Shown here: positions 1 to 14,778 of the stretch, one piece after another
Numbering within the stretch: the stretch's first letter is position 1
Layout of the letters: each line of letters begins with the position of its first letter
The notes under the pieces: model-generated
Database searches by the model: none
Told to the model about the DNA's origin: nothing
The model's input: only the letters and a program-made list of their open reading frames with translations
DNA from: Eledone cirrhosa
Lineage: Eukaryota
NCBI GenBank assembly: GCA_964016885.1
Contig: OZ024747.1
Location: 85,498,001-85,562,000, forward strand
Direction: 5' to 3'
DNA: 64,000 nucleotides
Made by a program: the position numbers and the translations under genes

Positions 1-512
1 TGCCTGGACAATATGTAAAAAAAATAAACAGAATACTCTGATGGCTGGATAATCTTTAAGATTTTCCTCGATGAAGCAGCGAAAATGCAGGTTTTCACCT
101 AATGCGGGCCCTTGGCGATCAAGAAAATGATTTTGTTTTAATGTGTATAATACGCCTTGAAATTTCGGGACAATCGGCTAGACGTAACACCTCAAAAAAG
201 CCCTAAAAAGCTGAAAAAAGGAAGTGTTTCACCTAATGCGGGCCCTAGGCTATAAAAAAGTTGGATTTTCTTTGCTCACGGTATGAAGAAGAGACTGACT
301 AATACATAGTTACAATTTCAAGGAAATCGGTCTGTCGTAACGCCTCGAAAAAACCCTAAAAAGCTGAAAAAACGCAGTTTTTCACCTAATGCAGACCCTA
401 GAGGATCAAAGAGTTGAATTTTATGTGCATAACACTCCCTGAAACATAAGTAATACATATGTAAAGTTTGAAAAAAATAGGTTCGGTACTTCTCGAGTTT
501 TAGGGATTCAAA

Positions 513-563
<51 letters not shown>

Positions 564-630
564 CCTCAGGGAAGTGACGTAATACAGACAGCCGGACATA
601 CAGACAGATATTATAAGGGCGCGATGTTAT
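1..630. repeat. Non-autonomous transposon relic (possibly Helitron-like) with three diverged ~135-150 bp subrepeats
   Basis: TTTCACCTAATGCGGGCCCT-like motif recurs at ~93, ~227 and ~380. AAATCGGTCT-like motifs and an ACAG-rich tail resemble invertebrate non-autonomous Helitrons. Family assignment is inference. Confidence 0.35.
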
Positions 631-739
631 ATGTATGTATCTATTTAAAAAGAGGAAAACTAAGAATTATAGAGAGAGATCGCTAAATCGCCTAATGAGG
701 TCCCTAGGGCATTGGAAAAAAAAATTATATATATATATG

Positions 740-978
740 TTTGAGCGCTGCTGATGAACGACTCCAACCCTGACCATCCCAAAGTTTCGCGAAATAGTCT
801 TTTTAAGACTATACAGAGCATTTGTAGTTTTTCCAAATTGAAGGATGAGTATTTAAACTTTATATTATTCTGAGTTAAGGCTCTATTGAATTTTTCCTGG
901 ATTTCACAAAATTCTATGGATTAATCTATGTCTTGATTTTTTAAAAATAGAGTTTGAATTATTTTCCCACATCTTACG

Positions 979-1052
<74 letters not shown>

Positions 1053-1231
1053 TAAAGTATAGAAATTATTGTGAGCGTGAAGCCATCAGTATTTCATAAT
1101 ATATAAGTGACTATAACGTCAAAATGGAAAAATAGTTAACGTAAGATGTGGGAAAATAATTCAAACTCTATTTTTATAAAATCAAGACAGATTTATCAAT
1201 AGAATTTTGTGAAATCCAGGGAAAAATCAAT

Positions 1232-1232
<1 letters not shown>
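740..1232. repeat. Short element with ~95 bp inverted repeat (886-980 vs 1138-1232) around a (TA)n tract; weak HHR-like core at 751-800
   Basis: AAATAGAGTTTGAATTATTTTCCCACATCTTACGTT and its reverse complement are both present. CTGATGA...GAAATAGTC lies at 751-799. Confidence 0.6.
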
Positions 1233-1314
<82 letters not shown>

Positions 1315-1809
1315 TCCTAACGTTTATTCAACAATAAAAGAATTTAAGTAGGCTAAGAAATGAAATCAAATTAGGCTTGACAGATTTCTAAATGCAACGT
1401 CGACTTCTGGAATGAAAGGGAAGGTTCTTAAATGATACAACGAAAGCATCAACCTATATATCTATCTTGCCAAATACTGCCAACATCTTTTTATAACCTC
1501 TACAGATTTACAGCAATAGATTTATAAAGCTGCCAAGAAGGGGTGAGAGAAAAAAACCTTCAGTAATGTGTAGGTGTGCATTAAGTAAGTTAAGCATAGC
1601 GGATACTAATGTTCTTTGATTGATGGTGTAGCGAACGTTGTGTTGTGTATGGGGCGGGGCGTAAGTCTGGTTATAACGTCTGCTTCTTCTAATTATTATC
1701 TTTAGTTTTCTTCTACCTATGATAAAAATAAACATAAGAAAACGTTACTTAGAATTACTGGAGGAAATATTGTAACTCAATACTGTCTTTGGTTACAAAT
1801 CGAATTTAG

Positions 1810-3963
1810 ACTGAGGACCTCCTCAGCAGAATCAGTGAGTGCAACAAAAACAGGAACCTATCCATCTGCATAATAGGCAGTATGGATGTGGTATCACTGT
1901 ACCCATCCATTAACATTGATTTTGCTGTGGAAAAATGTGTGGAGATGATCATTGAGAGTGAGGTGGAGTTTTGCGACGTCGACACAGACGAACTGGCCCT
2001 CCTACTTAGACTTACCTATGACACTGACTACCTAGACAGCCATGACCTTAGACGTTTCTGCCCCAGTAGACCCATAAGAAGTAGACCCCTCACCATAACC
2101 TCAATGGCAATAAAGACTCCCATGGGAAGGTGGATCGGGTGGACCAAAGCTATACGGATCCCCCAAAACAATGATCAGGTAAGAAAAATGGTCGCACATG
2201 AAATAGGGGCTAGTATCAAAACTACCCTAAAGGGTCACATATTCAAATTCAACGAGAAGATCTACACCCAAAATGAGGGAGCAGCCATTGGCGTCAGCAT
2301 AGCTGGTGACGTTGCCAACCTTTTTATGGTATGGTGGGAAAGGAGACTTAAAGATCTCCTTGATGAGAGCTCCATAGACCTCATCATGTACTCTCGTTAC
2401 GTAGACAACATCAATATAGTAATAAGGACATCCCCACAAGAGAGTACTAACAAGTTTGATTTAGAACGTAGCACAATGGAAAGCATCCAGAAGATAGCTA
2501 ATTCCATACAACAGAGTATAACTGTAACTATCGACTACCCTTCCAAACACCCTAACAATACACTACCTGTATTAGACACGGAACTCTGGATTAACACTAT
2601 AGACGAGAGAGCCCAAATTTTCCACTCACACTATGCTAAACCCATGGCCTCCAAATACCTGATACTCAAAAACTCAGCAATGTCCAGTAGTTTAATATTC
2701 TGATCGCAGACTTGGTACGAGTGATAAAGAACATGTCTCGCATGTGCGACCCAACAGAAATGGAAAGACACATCCAACACTTCATCAACCGCATGAAGTT
2801 CTCTGGCTACAACCAAAGAGACAGAATCGGAGTATACGAAGGAGCCACGGAGAAGTATAAGATCCTCATAGAACTGGACATGAATGGAATTTGCCCCTAA
2901 TCATGGAATAGCTTAGATAGGACTAGACATAAGATAAGGAAAGCCACCTCATGGTACGACAACCAGAGATACCAGAGTTTCATGTTTGTAGACGCTACCC
3001 CTGGAGGGAAATTAGCTAACCAGTGTAGAAAGGCCCCGAGAAAGACCCACTTAAAGATTAAGGTGGTAGAAAAGCCAGGAACCACCATAAAATCTCTGAT
3101 CAGCAAAACCTACCCTTTTAAGAAAACCCACTGTACTAATAGGAAATGTATTATATGTAAATAAACCCCCGGATAAACTGTAAAACTAGAAACATAGTCT
3201 ATAGCATAAGATGTACAGAGGGTACTTGCAGAAACATGACAACAATATACATAGGCGAGACAGCTCGTAGCATAGGTGAAAGGATAGACCAACACTGGGG
3301 GGAACTAAAAGGACGAAAAAACGGTTCAGTACTATACGAACATGCCAGACAACAACACGACGGTAACATAGACAACATAGAAATTAGAATAATATCTAAA
3401 CATAGAAATGACCCAGCAGATAGGCAAATCAGAGAGGCCAGCGAAATAGAACTTAGAAGGCCAAGGCTAAACAGAAAAAAATGAATGGAATAACAACAAC
3501 ACCCAAACAAACAACTCTGATCTAAGAGAAGTATAAATAAATAAATAAATACATACACAAGCACAATAACAACAAACACATATAAACACACACTAGTAAA
3601 CTAAGATAGAATACAATAACCAATACACAGTCACCCAAACACGAACACACATCAAACAAAAAAAAAAAAATAAATAAATAAACAGACAAAATAAAGATGG
3701 CGTAGACATACAATACAACGGGAGGAAACATAATAGCACCACTGACGATGTTGCAGATGTGCAACGAAAGAACTTTGTTAGACTATATATATGTGTTTGT
3801 GTCTATATTGTATCTGTATTTTTGACCAATGGTAACATTGAGGACCGAATAAATTAAATTAACCGATATAAAAGACACAGAAGCGAAAACCAACCAAACA
3901 GTGAGTGTGTTCTGTTATTAATTCTGGCAATACTATTACACAAATATGACCCTCCCCAAGTAT

Positions 3964-3968
<5 letters not shown>
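1810..3968 (+). mobile_element. 5'-truncated, frameshifted Penelope-like retroelement (RT + GIY-YIG endonuclease), probably Naiad-type
   Basis: RT motifs GSMDVVSLYPSI, QNEGAAIGVSIAG, YSRYVDN and LPVLDTELW; Cys-rich linker; NIVYSIRC...YIGETARS endonuclease. 3' UTR carries an HHR, and the element ends in (TA)n. Confidence 0.93.
3733..3786 (+). ncRNA. Minimal type I hammerhead ribozyme in PLE 3' repeat
   Basis: CUGACGA-U-GUUGCA(GAUG)UGCAAC-GAAA-GAAC-UU. Stem II is 6 bp; stem I is weak (CA/UG plus distal AUAG/CUAU). Confidence 0.7.
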
Positions 3969-4030
<62 letters not shown>

Positions 4031-4034
<4 letters not shown>

Positions 4035-4188
4035 AAAAGAGTCAGGACCCCGACGGCTGAGCTCCGAGCCGTTTCGACAGCTAGATCCGAACTCCTGACT
4101 CTTTTCCTATTACCCACTCTACTACCCTAAGTATCGAGTACTCTGGTGCGTTATGGTCCACCTGGTTTCTTACCACAATTCCTTCGTT
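4031..4188. mobile_element. Short fold-back cassette (family F) in (TA)n
   Basis: Inverted TAGGAAAAGAGTCAGGA/TCCTGACTCTTTTCCTA. Homologous to 8698-8922, 28252-28439, 35458-35600, 60961-61102 and 61794-61986. Confidence 0.8.
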
Positions 4189-4399
4189 ATATGTATATAT
4201 ATATATAGTGTTACTGATGGTTCATCAGTTTGAGCACTCGATGCTGATATTTGGGTAGAGTGTTGATAATAATGATAATAATGTATTCGTTGATAAATAA
4301 GTATGCCGCCCTTGAAGAATTTCTTTGAATAAGCGGCATGCACCACGGGGTTCATTTGAATTAGTATGTGAGTAGATGAGCGCAAATCCACACGCCACC

Positions 4400-4790
4400 A
4401 CCATAATTGAAACTTAGGGTCAGTTCACCTCAAGGTCTCAGCCGACAGAATGGAGAAGACATTGCCCCGGAGGACGATGAGGGAGACGCATTGGAACGGC
4501 TACTCCACCCAGCGGGGCACGCACCTGCGGGCAGCCAATTCCACTCCGATAGCAGAACGGGGATGTAGTCCAGGGTCCAAGAAAGTCGGCAGTCTCCACT
4601 GCTAGAGCCTCAACCACAAATCTATTAAAGAACGGCCAAAGATTTGATAGTTTGCCCTCTTCGGCCTGGTCAAGCAGCGAGGCCCGGGTTAGTAGCCGAA
4701 CGCACCAGATTGCCGCTAGAGGTGTCACAACATGTAGCATCCCATATGAAGGGCCTACCTCTACGGAACGAGAAGATTCTTGTTGGATAA
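4400..4790 (-). mobile_element. CRE-clade RLE non-LTR retrotransposon 3' fragment, degenerate
   Basis: Translates to GRPFIWDATCCDT and FVVEALAVETADFLGP; homologous to 33110-33715. Confidence 0.8.
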
Positions 4791-4900
4791 GTCGGTGTGT
4801 CTATCTCACAGAGGATTAGCGGCGGCACCGATATATTATTAATCAACATCATCGCCAACAACTCCAGAACAATATTATGATCCAATCCAAGGTAACATAG

Positions 4901-5018
<118 letters not shown>

Positions 5019-5083
5019 AAACACACACATGTATATATACACATGTATACACACGCACCTTCACCCAAAGACATACACATATA

Positions 5084-5951
<868 letters not shown>

Positions 5952-5978
5952 TATGTACATACGCACACAGACACGTGT

Positions 5979-6089
<111 letters not shown>

Positions 6090-6416
6090 TACATACAAGC
6101 ATACATACTTACATACATATTGTATATAACATAGCTAAAATTATATTGCAAAGGTTAGGCTTTGTTTCCTGTGCCAGAATCTCCTCTCAATTCAGTTGAG
6201 TTCCTAACAGCTGCTGTCTAAGTTATGAAGATTTAAGTACGTGTATTTCATCCCACACTTTAGATAGGGTGCTACTGCTTCACATACCAATGATGACGGT
6301 TCAAATGTTCAGAAGTTCTGATGTTTAGCTGTTCAGCTGGGCTTACATGCTATCATTCTGGGTTGTAGACAACCTCACTAATAATAGACAAGCCTCCGCT
6401 CACTAACACTACAACC

Positions 6417-6875
6417 ACATCTATAAAGAAATGGTGCATCATATGTCTGTCTGTCTGTCTGTCTCTGTCCTCCCTCTCTCTCTCCACCCTCTCTTCCTAT
6501 ACCTGTCCCCACTCCCACTCCTTTTTATCTCCCTTCTCTCAATATTCCCTCCCCTTCAAACACATCTATAAAGAAATGGTGCACCATATGTCTGTCTGTC
6601 TGTCTCTGTCCCCCCTCTCTCCACCCTCTCTTCCTATACCTGTCCCCACTCCCACTCCTTTTATCTCCCTTCTCTCAATATTCCCTCCCCTTCAAACACA
6701 TCTATAAAGAAATGGTGCACCATATGTCTGTCTGTCTGTCTCTGTCCCCCCTCTCTCCACCCTCTCTTTCTATACCTGTCCCCTTTCCCACCCTTTTTCT
6801 CTCTCTTCTCTCAATATCCCCCCTTCTCTCTTTCCCACCCTTTTTCTCTCCCTTCTCTCAATATTCCCTCCCCTC
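6417..6875. repeat. ~140 bp tandem repeat, about 3 copies, CT-rich
   Basis: ACATCTATAAAGAAATGGTGCA.CATATGTCTGTCTG at ~6417, ~6562 and ~6698. Confidence 0.9.
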
Positions 6876-7260
6876 GAGGAGGATTATTTAACCCTTTAGC
6901 ATTTGCATTACTCTATATTTACTATTGTATTTTCGGGGTAAAGGCTTTATCTCACATTATATTGAATCTGTGAGATTTTGATATTATTTATTTTGAGAAC
7001 CTTAATATGAATACCTTAATATCAATATGATTGGCTGGTTATGGCTGATTTGAACAGAAAGAAGTGAGAGAATTCTGGCCTGATACGGCAGGTTTAAATG
7101 CTAAAGGGTTAAAGCGAAAACTTGTAACTTGTAGTTTGGATTTTGAAATATTCTTTTCGCGACCCCAGTCTTGTTTCTTTTCTGACACACTTCATAAATG
7201 TTTATATATGTTTTCATATACTCTTCTATTATGCTTAAACGCTATCTTAGTGCTACTGCC

Positions 7261-7340
<80 letters not shown>

Positions 7341-7353
7341 GGCAATAGCACTA

Positions 7354-8681
7354 ATCTTATAAAGAAATGATCGTATGGATGGAAAGAGAGATTTATTTAA
7401 TTATGTCTCATATAAAATAATACAACCAGCTATCCACGGAATACTGTATAGTTAGCACCCCAAACACTAAATTGGGATTATACTTAGGTATATCCTAATG
7501 TTTGTTGAGTGAGATGGAGTTGGTCAGAGTATCGCTTAAAGCTTTCTCTGTTAATGTATTAAATAATTGTTTCTACTTTAGGCACAAGGCCAGCAATTAC
7601 CCAGTACATTACTGGTACTTTATTTTATCGACCCCGTAAGGATGAAAGGCAAAGTTAACCTCGGCGGGATTTGAACTCAGACTGTAAAGGGACGTAACTA
7701 TGCTAGAAAGCATGACGTCCAACCCTCTACCGATACTGCCAATTCATGTATTAAATAATTGTTTCTACTTTTGGCACAAGGCCAGACATTAACCAGTACA
7801 TTACTGGTACTTTATTTTATCGACCCTGTAAGGATGAAAGGCAAAGGTGACCTCGGCGGGATTTGAACTCAGAATGGAAAGGGCCGTAACTCTATGCGTC
7901 AAATTCATGTATTAAATAATATACTCTTGGATGGCCAGATATGAATTCCAGATAGTTAGGTATGACTTTCTTTATTATTCTTTATGTGAAATATTGATTG
8001 CTTTTTCCTGTATCCCATGTCTGATATTTTTGCCTGTGAAAATACCTATATGTGTGTATAGATAGTGCGTATATATATTTACTATTATTTTTTAATATAT
8101 CTATGTGTGTATTGATGGTACATACATATATTTATTTTTTTAATATCCAACTGAGTTCTTAAACACGTGGGTAAAATACCTAACAGGCTTCAATGACCAG
8201 CGTGTATATTATTTTATATTTTACGATGACCTCCCCTTTCCCTTTTGGGGACAGTGTGAATTTTTTTTTGAAGGGACTACTGGCTTTTCGAATCTAGCTG
8301 TCCTTTTAGCACTGACGGAGACCATCACTAATTTATTAATATCGATGTAGTTTTTTTATATCGATATCGAATGGGCATCCACTGGTGAGTTATAAGGGCC
8401 CACTTGTGTGTATATCTATGGATTATATACAAGTTTCTATATAACTTGGACATTATTTATCCCAAATTGTAGAAATCTTATAACGAAACGATCGTATGGA
8501 AGGAAAGAGAGATTTATTTAATTATGTCTCATATAAAATAATACAACCAACTTTCCACGGAATACTATATAGTTAGCACCCCAAACACTTAACTGGCATT
8601 ATACTTCGGTACATCCTAATGTTTGTTGAGTGAGATGCAGTTGGTCAGAGTATCGCTTAAAGCTTTCTCTGTTAATGTATT
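7354..8681. repeat. ~205 bp direct repeats (7354-7560, 8474-8681) bounded by (TA)n and interrupted by two SINEs; possible PLE partial-tandem relic
   Basis: Both copies read ATCTTATAA.GAAA.GATCGTATGGA...AAAGCTTTCTCTGTTAATGTATT. Confidence 0.7.
7563..7902 (-). mobile_element. Two tandem copies of tRNA-type SINE family 1
   Basis: Reverse complement of the consensus TTGGCAGTATCGGTAGAG...GAGTTCAAATCCCGCC...CCTTTCATCCTTACGGGGTCGATAAAATAAAGTACCAGT. Confidence 0.9.
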
Positions 8682-8697
8682 ATATATATATATATAT

Positions 8698-8922
8698 AAC
8701 GAAGAAAGTGTGGTAAGGAACCAGGTGTACCATAACGCACTAGAGTACTCGATACTTTGGGTAGTAGAGTGGGTAATAGGAAAAGAGTCAGAACTCTTCG
8801 ACACTCCAATTGGATAAAGAGAGCTCCCGACTCTCCCTTCGACGTCAGTATGGGTGCGACCGACTCGGCGGAGGTGACCGATCTTATAGGATTATTTTTA
8901 CTCGGGTTCTGACTCTTTTCCT
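8698..8922 (-). mobile_element. Family F fold-back cassette in (TA)n
   Basis: Family F tail plus inverted TAGGAAAAGAGTCAGAAC/GTTCTGACTCTTTTCCTA. Confidence 0.75.
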
Positions 8923-9291
8923 ATATATACATCTTTACACATATACTTACTCGCTACCACCACTATTATCAGCAATCGCATTTTATACTTATTTTTTTAC
9001 TTATTTTTTACATCTGTACCATCTTCACTCTATCTACTTTACCTCTTTATCATTATCTTTTATTATTGATGTAATTGTTTTGATTCTCCTTTGTATCTCT
9101 ATATATACCGATGCCATATGTAAAAACTCTAGTATTCCGATGATTTGATCAGAGGTAAACACTGTATTTAAGGTCGAGTGACGCAACTTCGAGTGATTAG
9201 CGGCCTTTAGACTCACCTGATCAATGAAACAATTGTTAATACCTGAAATAAAACCCTTTTTGTACAGCCGACCATGTTATTCTTCAATCTT

Positions 9292-9329
<38 letters not shown>

Positions 9330-9357
9330 TTTTATTATGGCTGAATAGTGAGTCTTC

Positions 9358-9444
9358 TCACTCTGTAGTTTCGCCAGCTTATCACAGGGTCATCAGACAA
9401 AATTGTCTGATAATCCTGTGATAAACAGGCGAAACACCAGAGTG
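9358..9444. repeat. Imperfect palindrome with an HHR-like core in each arm
   Basis: Centre ~9401. Minus arm CTGATGA-CCCTG...GGC-GAAAC; plus arm CTGATAA-TCCTG...CAGGC-GAAAC. Related to 63895-63990. Confidence 0.6.
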
Positions 9445-9834
9445 GCACGCCACATTGATCTTTCCATTAAAGGGAGGCGAAATCTCGCTGACGCCACGAT
9501 CCAACGCCAAATTACGTAATGTATGCTAACATTAACTAATATTCCGCACATGGTTGCTCCATTAAGAACACTGCTAGCAGATAGAAACCCTCGAAACCGA
9601 TGTATCGATCCGGGTTTCTCAATTATCTTAGCCCCACGAAGTCGTCTTCCTCCCTGATCAACATGTGGGCACTCTAACCAGTTGGACTTGAATTTTAATA
9701 ATATGAACTTTATTGGTTATTGAGTGAGTGATGAAACGACCGAAGCTATGTCCATTCTACTCGACATGTCCATTCTACTCTTAATTAATATATATATATA
9801 TATATATTACCTGATTAGTTTTTTCGTTGTTTTG

Positions 9835-10489
<655 letters not shown>

Positions 10490-10548
10490 CGAGAGAGACA
10501 AATGGCTTCTCCAGGACAAGAACTGTTTCATTCGGGAGAAATCATCAG

Positions 10549-10599
10549 GGCTTCCTGATGATTTCTCCCGAATGAAACAGTTCTAGTCCTGTAGAAGCC
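10549..10599 (+). ncRNA. Type I hammerhead ribozyme within fold-back cassette 10500-10677
   Basis: GGCUUC-CUGAUGA-UUUC(UCCC)GAAU-GAAA-CAG(UUCUAGUC)CUG-UA-GAAGCC. Stem I is 6 bp, stem III is 4 bp. An inverted copy lies at 10501-10549. Confidence 0.85.
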
Positions 10600-10676
10600 A
10601 TTTCTATATTAAATATTTATACTGTGCTATGTATTGAGTACTTTAGTTTCTGTGGTTACCCCCGATTGAACCCAGG

Positions 10677-10731
<55 letters not shown>

Positions 10732-10870
10732 ACTTTGGGAGGGTCATGTTGCCAATAAGAAACACACGCACCAGTTGCTTTCACTTCAATTTATTATAGT
10801 AAATTTATAATAAATTTATAAATTTCTGGTTGGTTGGTTGGTTCCACAACCAGATAGTTGTTTATATATT

Positions 10871-10913
10871 GTCATAGTTCTTTCGTCACACACTCTGTGA
10901 CCTCTTCAGTGAC
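10871..10913 (-). ncRNA. Minimal type I hammerhead ribozyme in PLE pseudo-LTR
   Basis: GUCA-CUGAAGA-G-GUCACA(GAGUG)UGUGAC-GAAA-GAAC-UA-UGAC; stems I and II pair perfectly. Confidence 0.88.
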
Positions 10914-11119
10914 TGGGGATTCCTTTCTTTGTTTTTGTGCCTCTCCTTTGTTTTGTTCTGTCCTACGCCATTTTGTTTCTGTGTGTGTGTTGTGTGCTCA
11001 GTCTGCGCATGCGCCACATCCGGGTGTCTGTGTGTGTTTATGTTCATTTATTTATTTGTTTATTTACATGTTACTGGTTGGTTGTTTGTTCTATGTGTGT
11101 GTGTGTATTCATTTTGTTC

Positions 11120-14100
11120 TTAATTGTAAGTTGTGATGTTGCTGTTCCACTCATATTTTCTATTTAATTTTGGTTGTAATTCTTTTATGTTTATTGCCTC
11201 TGTGATTTGTCTAAACATTGCGTCTTTTCTGTGTGTAGATTCTATTTTTATTTCTATGTTCTCTAATTTACCCTTGTGTTCTATTTTAGCATGTTGGTAG
11301 AGTACAGATGATTCTTTACTATCTTGAAGGTCTCGCCAGTGTTCATTTATCCGTGCCCCTACACTACGAGCTGTCTCACCTATGTACACTATATTTTTGT
11401 CTCTACATTGTCCTTCAGTACATCTTATGCTATACACTACATTTCTAGTTTTACAGTTAATATGGGGGCTTATTTTACAGGTTATACATTTCTTATCTAT
11501 ACATGAGTGTCTTTGAAAAGGGTATGTCTTGCTAATATGTTTTTTTACGGAGGTACCTGGTCTTTCTACTATCTTAATATTGAGTTTATGTTTATCTAGG
11601 GCCCTTCTAAATTTGTAAGCTAATTCACTTCTAGGGGTTGTATCGATGAACATTACACTCTGGTATTTATTGCTATCATACCATGAGTTTATTCTATTAG
11701 CCTTATTCCTAGTTCTTTCTATTCTATTCCAAAATTTGCTCCTATACAAGGGGAAGGTCCCATTTATGTCATTATTTACCATTTTTTCCCATTTGGTTCT
11801 GGCTCCTCTATACACTCTGATTTTATCTCTCTGATTGTAGCCAGAGAACTGCATACGGTGGATGAAGTGTTGTATGTGTCTCTCTAGTTCTTCGGGGTTG
11901 CACATGCGGGACACGTTTCTCATCACCCGTACCAAATCCGCAATCTGTATGTTGATTTTGGTATGGTCCGAAACGGCCAAGTTTCGGTGGATCAGATGTT
12001 TGGAAGTCATGGGTTTGGCATAATGGGAATGGAGGATTTGTTTTTTGTTATTAATGGTATCTAACCAGAGCTCTGTGTCTAGTACAGGTAATCGATGGTT
12101 GGGGTGTTTACTTGGGTAGTCTATAGCAACTCTAATGCTCTGGTGGATGGAGTTAGCTATTTGCTGGATGCTTTCCATTGTGTTTTTCTCTAGTTCCTGA
12201 CTGTTCTCTAGTGGGGGTGTCTTAACTACGATGTTTATATCATCAACGTAGCGGGAGTACATTATCAGGGTTAAGGGGTCTTCTAATTGTTCTTTAAGTT
12301 TAAGTTTAAGTCTACTGTCTCACCATACCATGAATAAGTTAGCTATGTCGCCTGCAATGCTAACACCAATGGCTGCTCCTTCCTCTTGGGCATATATTTT
12401 TCCATTAAATTTGAACATATGTTCCTTAAGGGTTAGTTTTATGCTGGCCCCTACCGCATGTGCAATCATTTTCTTCAGTTCATCGTGGTTTTCGGGTGTC
12501 CGTATGGCTCTGGTCCACCCGTTCCATCTATCTGTGTGGGTTTTCTTGGCCATTGAGGGAATGGTAGGTGGTCTGCCTCTTGCTGGTCTTGTAGGGCACA
12601 GGTTGCTAAGGTCATATGTGTCTAGGTAATTATTACTATAGGTAAGTTTAAGTAGGAGTCCCAGCTCACTGGTATCAATCCCACGGAACTCAACATTGCT
12701 CTCACTGATCATTTCTACGCATTTCTCCACAGCAAAATCCACGTCAATAGATGGATACAGGGACACAACATCCATACTACCTATTATGCAGTTTGTTAGG
12801 TCCCTAGATCGGTTACTCTCGCCGATTCTGCTGAGGAGGTCCTCCGTGCTGTCACATACATCTGGGGACATTTCAATGATGGGGCGTATGATCAGAGAGA
12901 GGAAGTAGGACAGTCTGTAGTTACTAGCAATGTTAGCTCCACAGACTGGCCGTGTTGGTGGTCCCGCGACAGGGTCACTGCCCGTTTTATGGTCTTTTCG
13001 AAGCCCATACAACGCCGGCACGTCATTGTTCCAGGCCTGGAAGTTGTTGGCAGTCCTTTTGTTGGGCTGAATTATATTCGTCCACATCACCATATGGGCA
13101 TTGAGGGCTTTTTCTCTATCCTCATGTTCCTGTGGTGTTACCTCTCTTGTGTTGGTGATGTGGGGTTGCATTGTCTGGATGTAGTTTGGCAGGCTGTCAA
13201 CCGACATTCTGCCAGACTTGTCTGTTGGAAAGCATGCTATCTCTCCATTACGCGAGCGCTGCATGAGCTTACGCAAGCCATTTGCAGATTTTTCTCCCAG
13301 TTGCTGGGCCTCCATTCTATTATGCTTCTTGCTATACTGTTCTATAATATTTCTAAGTTCGGATCTAGCTATACTAAATTGTGCTTCTGTTTGTTCATCG
13401 ACCTGCGACGGCAATTGCGTGCGTTTGTTAAATGGTAAAGTCGTGGCGTGGACTCGTCGCAGGTCGAACGATTTATCGGAGGGATTATAAAAAGTAGAGT
13501 TCCAGGCTACTGCTTTATGTGTACTAGTGCTATTGTTATTGTTAGTTGTATTGTTTCTATTTCTATTTCCACCAACAGCCTCATGGTTGTTTCTATGTCT
13601 CTCATAATTACTCCTGTCTCTTTCCACTGGCTCATTGTTGTTATCTACCCTATTTTGTGTGTCTGTGTGTTCGTCTTGGTTATTTTCTTTGTCCTTAGTC
13701 TCCCTTCTCTTTTTAATCCTATTACTTTCCCTTATTTCTGTGATTTCTGTGCTACTGTCATTACTTTTCTGTGTCTGTGTGTTTGTTAAGATTGTGGTGG
13801 TGGTGAGAGGCATTGAATGTGTGTGTGTTGTTGTTGTCTCCGTGTGTGTTATTATTGTTGTGTGTTGTTATTGTTGTTTGTGTCTGCGTGTCTGTTGTTG
13901 TTGTTTCTGGGTATGTTATTATTGTTGTTGTTGTTGTTGGTGTGTGTGTTGTTGTTATTGTTGTTTGTGTCTGTGTGTCTGTTGTTGTTGGGATGTGTGT
14001 TGTATATGTGTGTGCGTATATTGTTACTTTTGTTTTTGTTTTTGATGCTCCAGCGTAGTTTTGTAAATGATTTTTCTATTTCTGACAGACAACTAATCAT

Positions 14101-14778
14101 ATTTACCTTCTTGAATGTCGCAAATTTCGGTGGTAGACGTAATACAGATAACTCATTGTCATCTATTACTGTGTTGCCGTATATATTTGTGTTGTTGTTG
14201 TTGTTGAACTCATCTGTTAATGAGGTGTCGGCCATATTTATACCGTCAATTTTGTCGGGATATCTATTGGTATTCTCTACAGTATCCTGATTTAGCTTTA
14301 TCTGCTTAAGCCACTTTAGTTTCTTGTTAAAGTGCTTATCACATTCTTGAGTGATGTACTATTCTTCAGGACGTATAAGGCTTATAAATATTAGTTTCTC
14401 TCTTGGTGTGGTGATCCTAGCTATTTCTTGTATTAGGTTACGCTTATGTTTTTCTTGATGACTTAATTCTCTATAGATCTTCTTTTTTATGTTTAGAATT
14501 AGTGTTCGTTTTAGCCCATCTGCTTGTTTTTTGGTGAGTTGTAATCTTCTTACGTCGGTGTTGATGGTGTTGGTGTAAACTCGGGACGAGGCACATTCTT
14601 TTATGAAGTGTAGTTGTCGAGATGTTATGGTTTTTCGTAGACAACAGAACATGGTGGTTTTCAGTATCTTGTTAGCCTGGCTAAGGCTTACGATATTTCG
14701 TTTCTGAATTTGTTTAGCAAGATTCTTTATCTGAAATCGTGTGTTGAAACCGATATTGTTGTACTTTGGGAGGGTCAT
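11120..14778 (-). pseudogene. PLE polyprotein (N-terminal domain, Asn/Thr-rich insert, RT, GIY-YIG) with 2 in-frame stops and 1 frameshift
   Basis: Start MTLPKYNN at 14778; TAG at 14359-61; frameshift in the low-complexity tract near 13830; TGA at 12320-22 (Trp in the 1810 copy). Motifs PTDKSGR, PALYGLRKDHK, PTRPVCGA, MDVVSLYPSI, YVDD and VVYSIRC...YIGET. Confidence 0.93.

Noticed and set aside
12320-12322. In-frame TGA in a Naiad-like ORF as possible selenocysteine (reported for some Naiads)
   Set aside because: It aligns with Trp (FMVWW) in the related copy at 1810-3968, not Cys, so a TGG>TGA nonsense change is simpler. The ORF also has a TAG and a frameshift.
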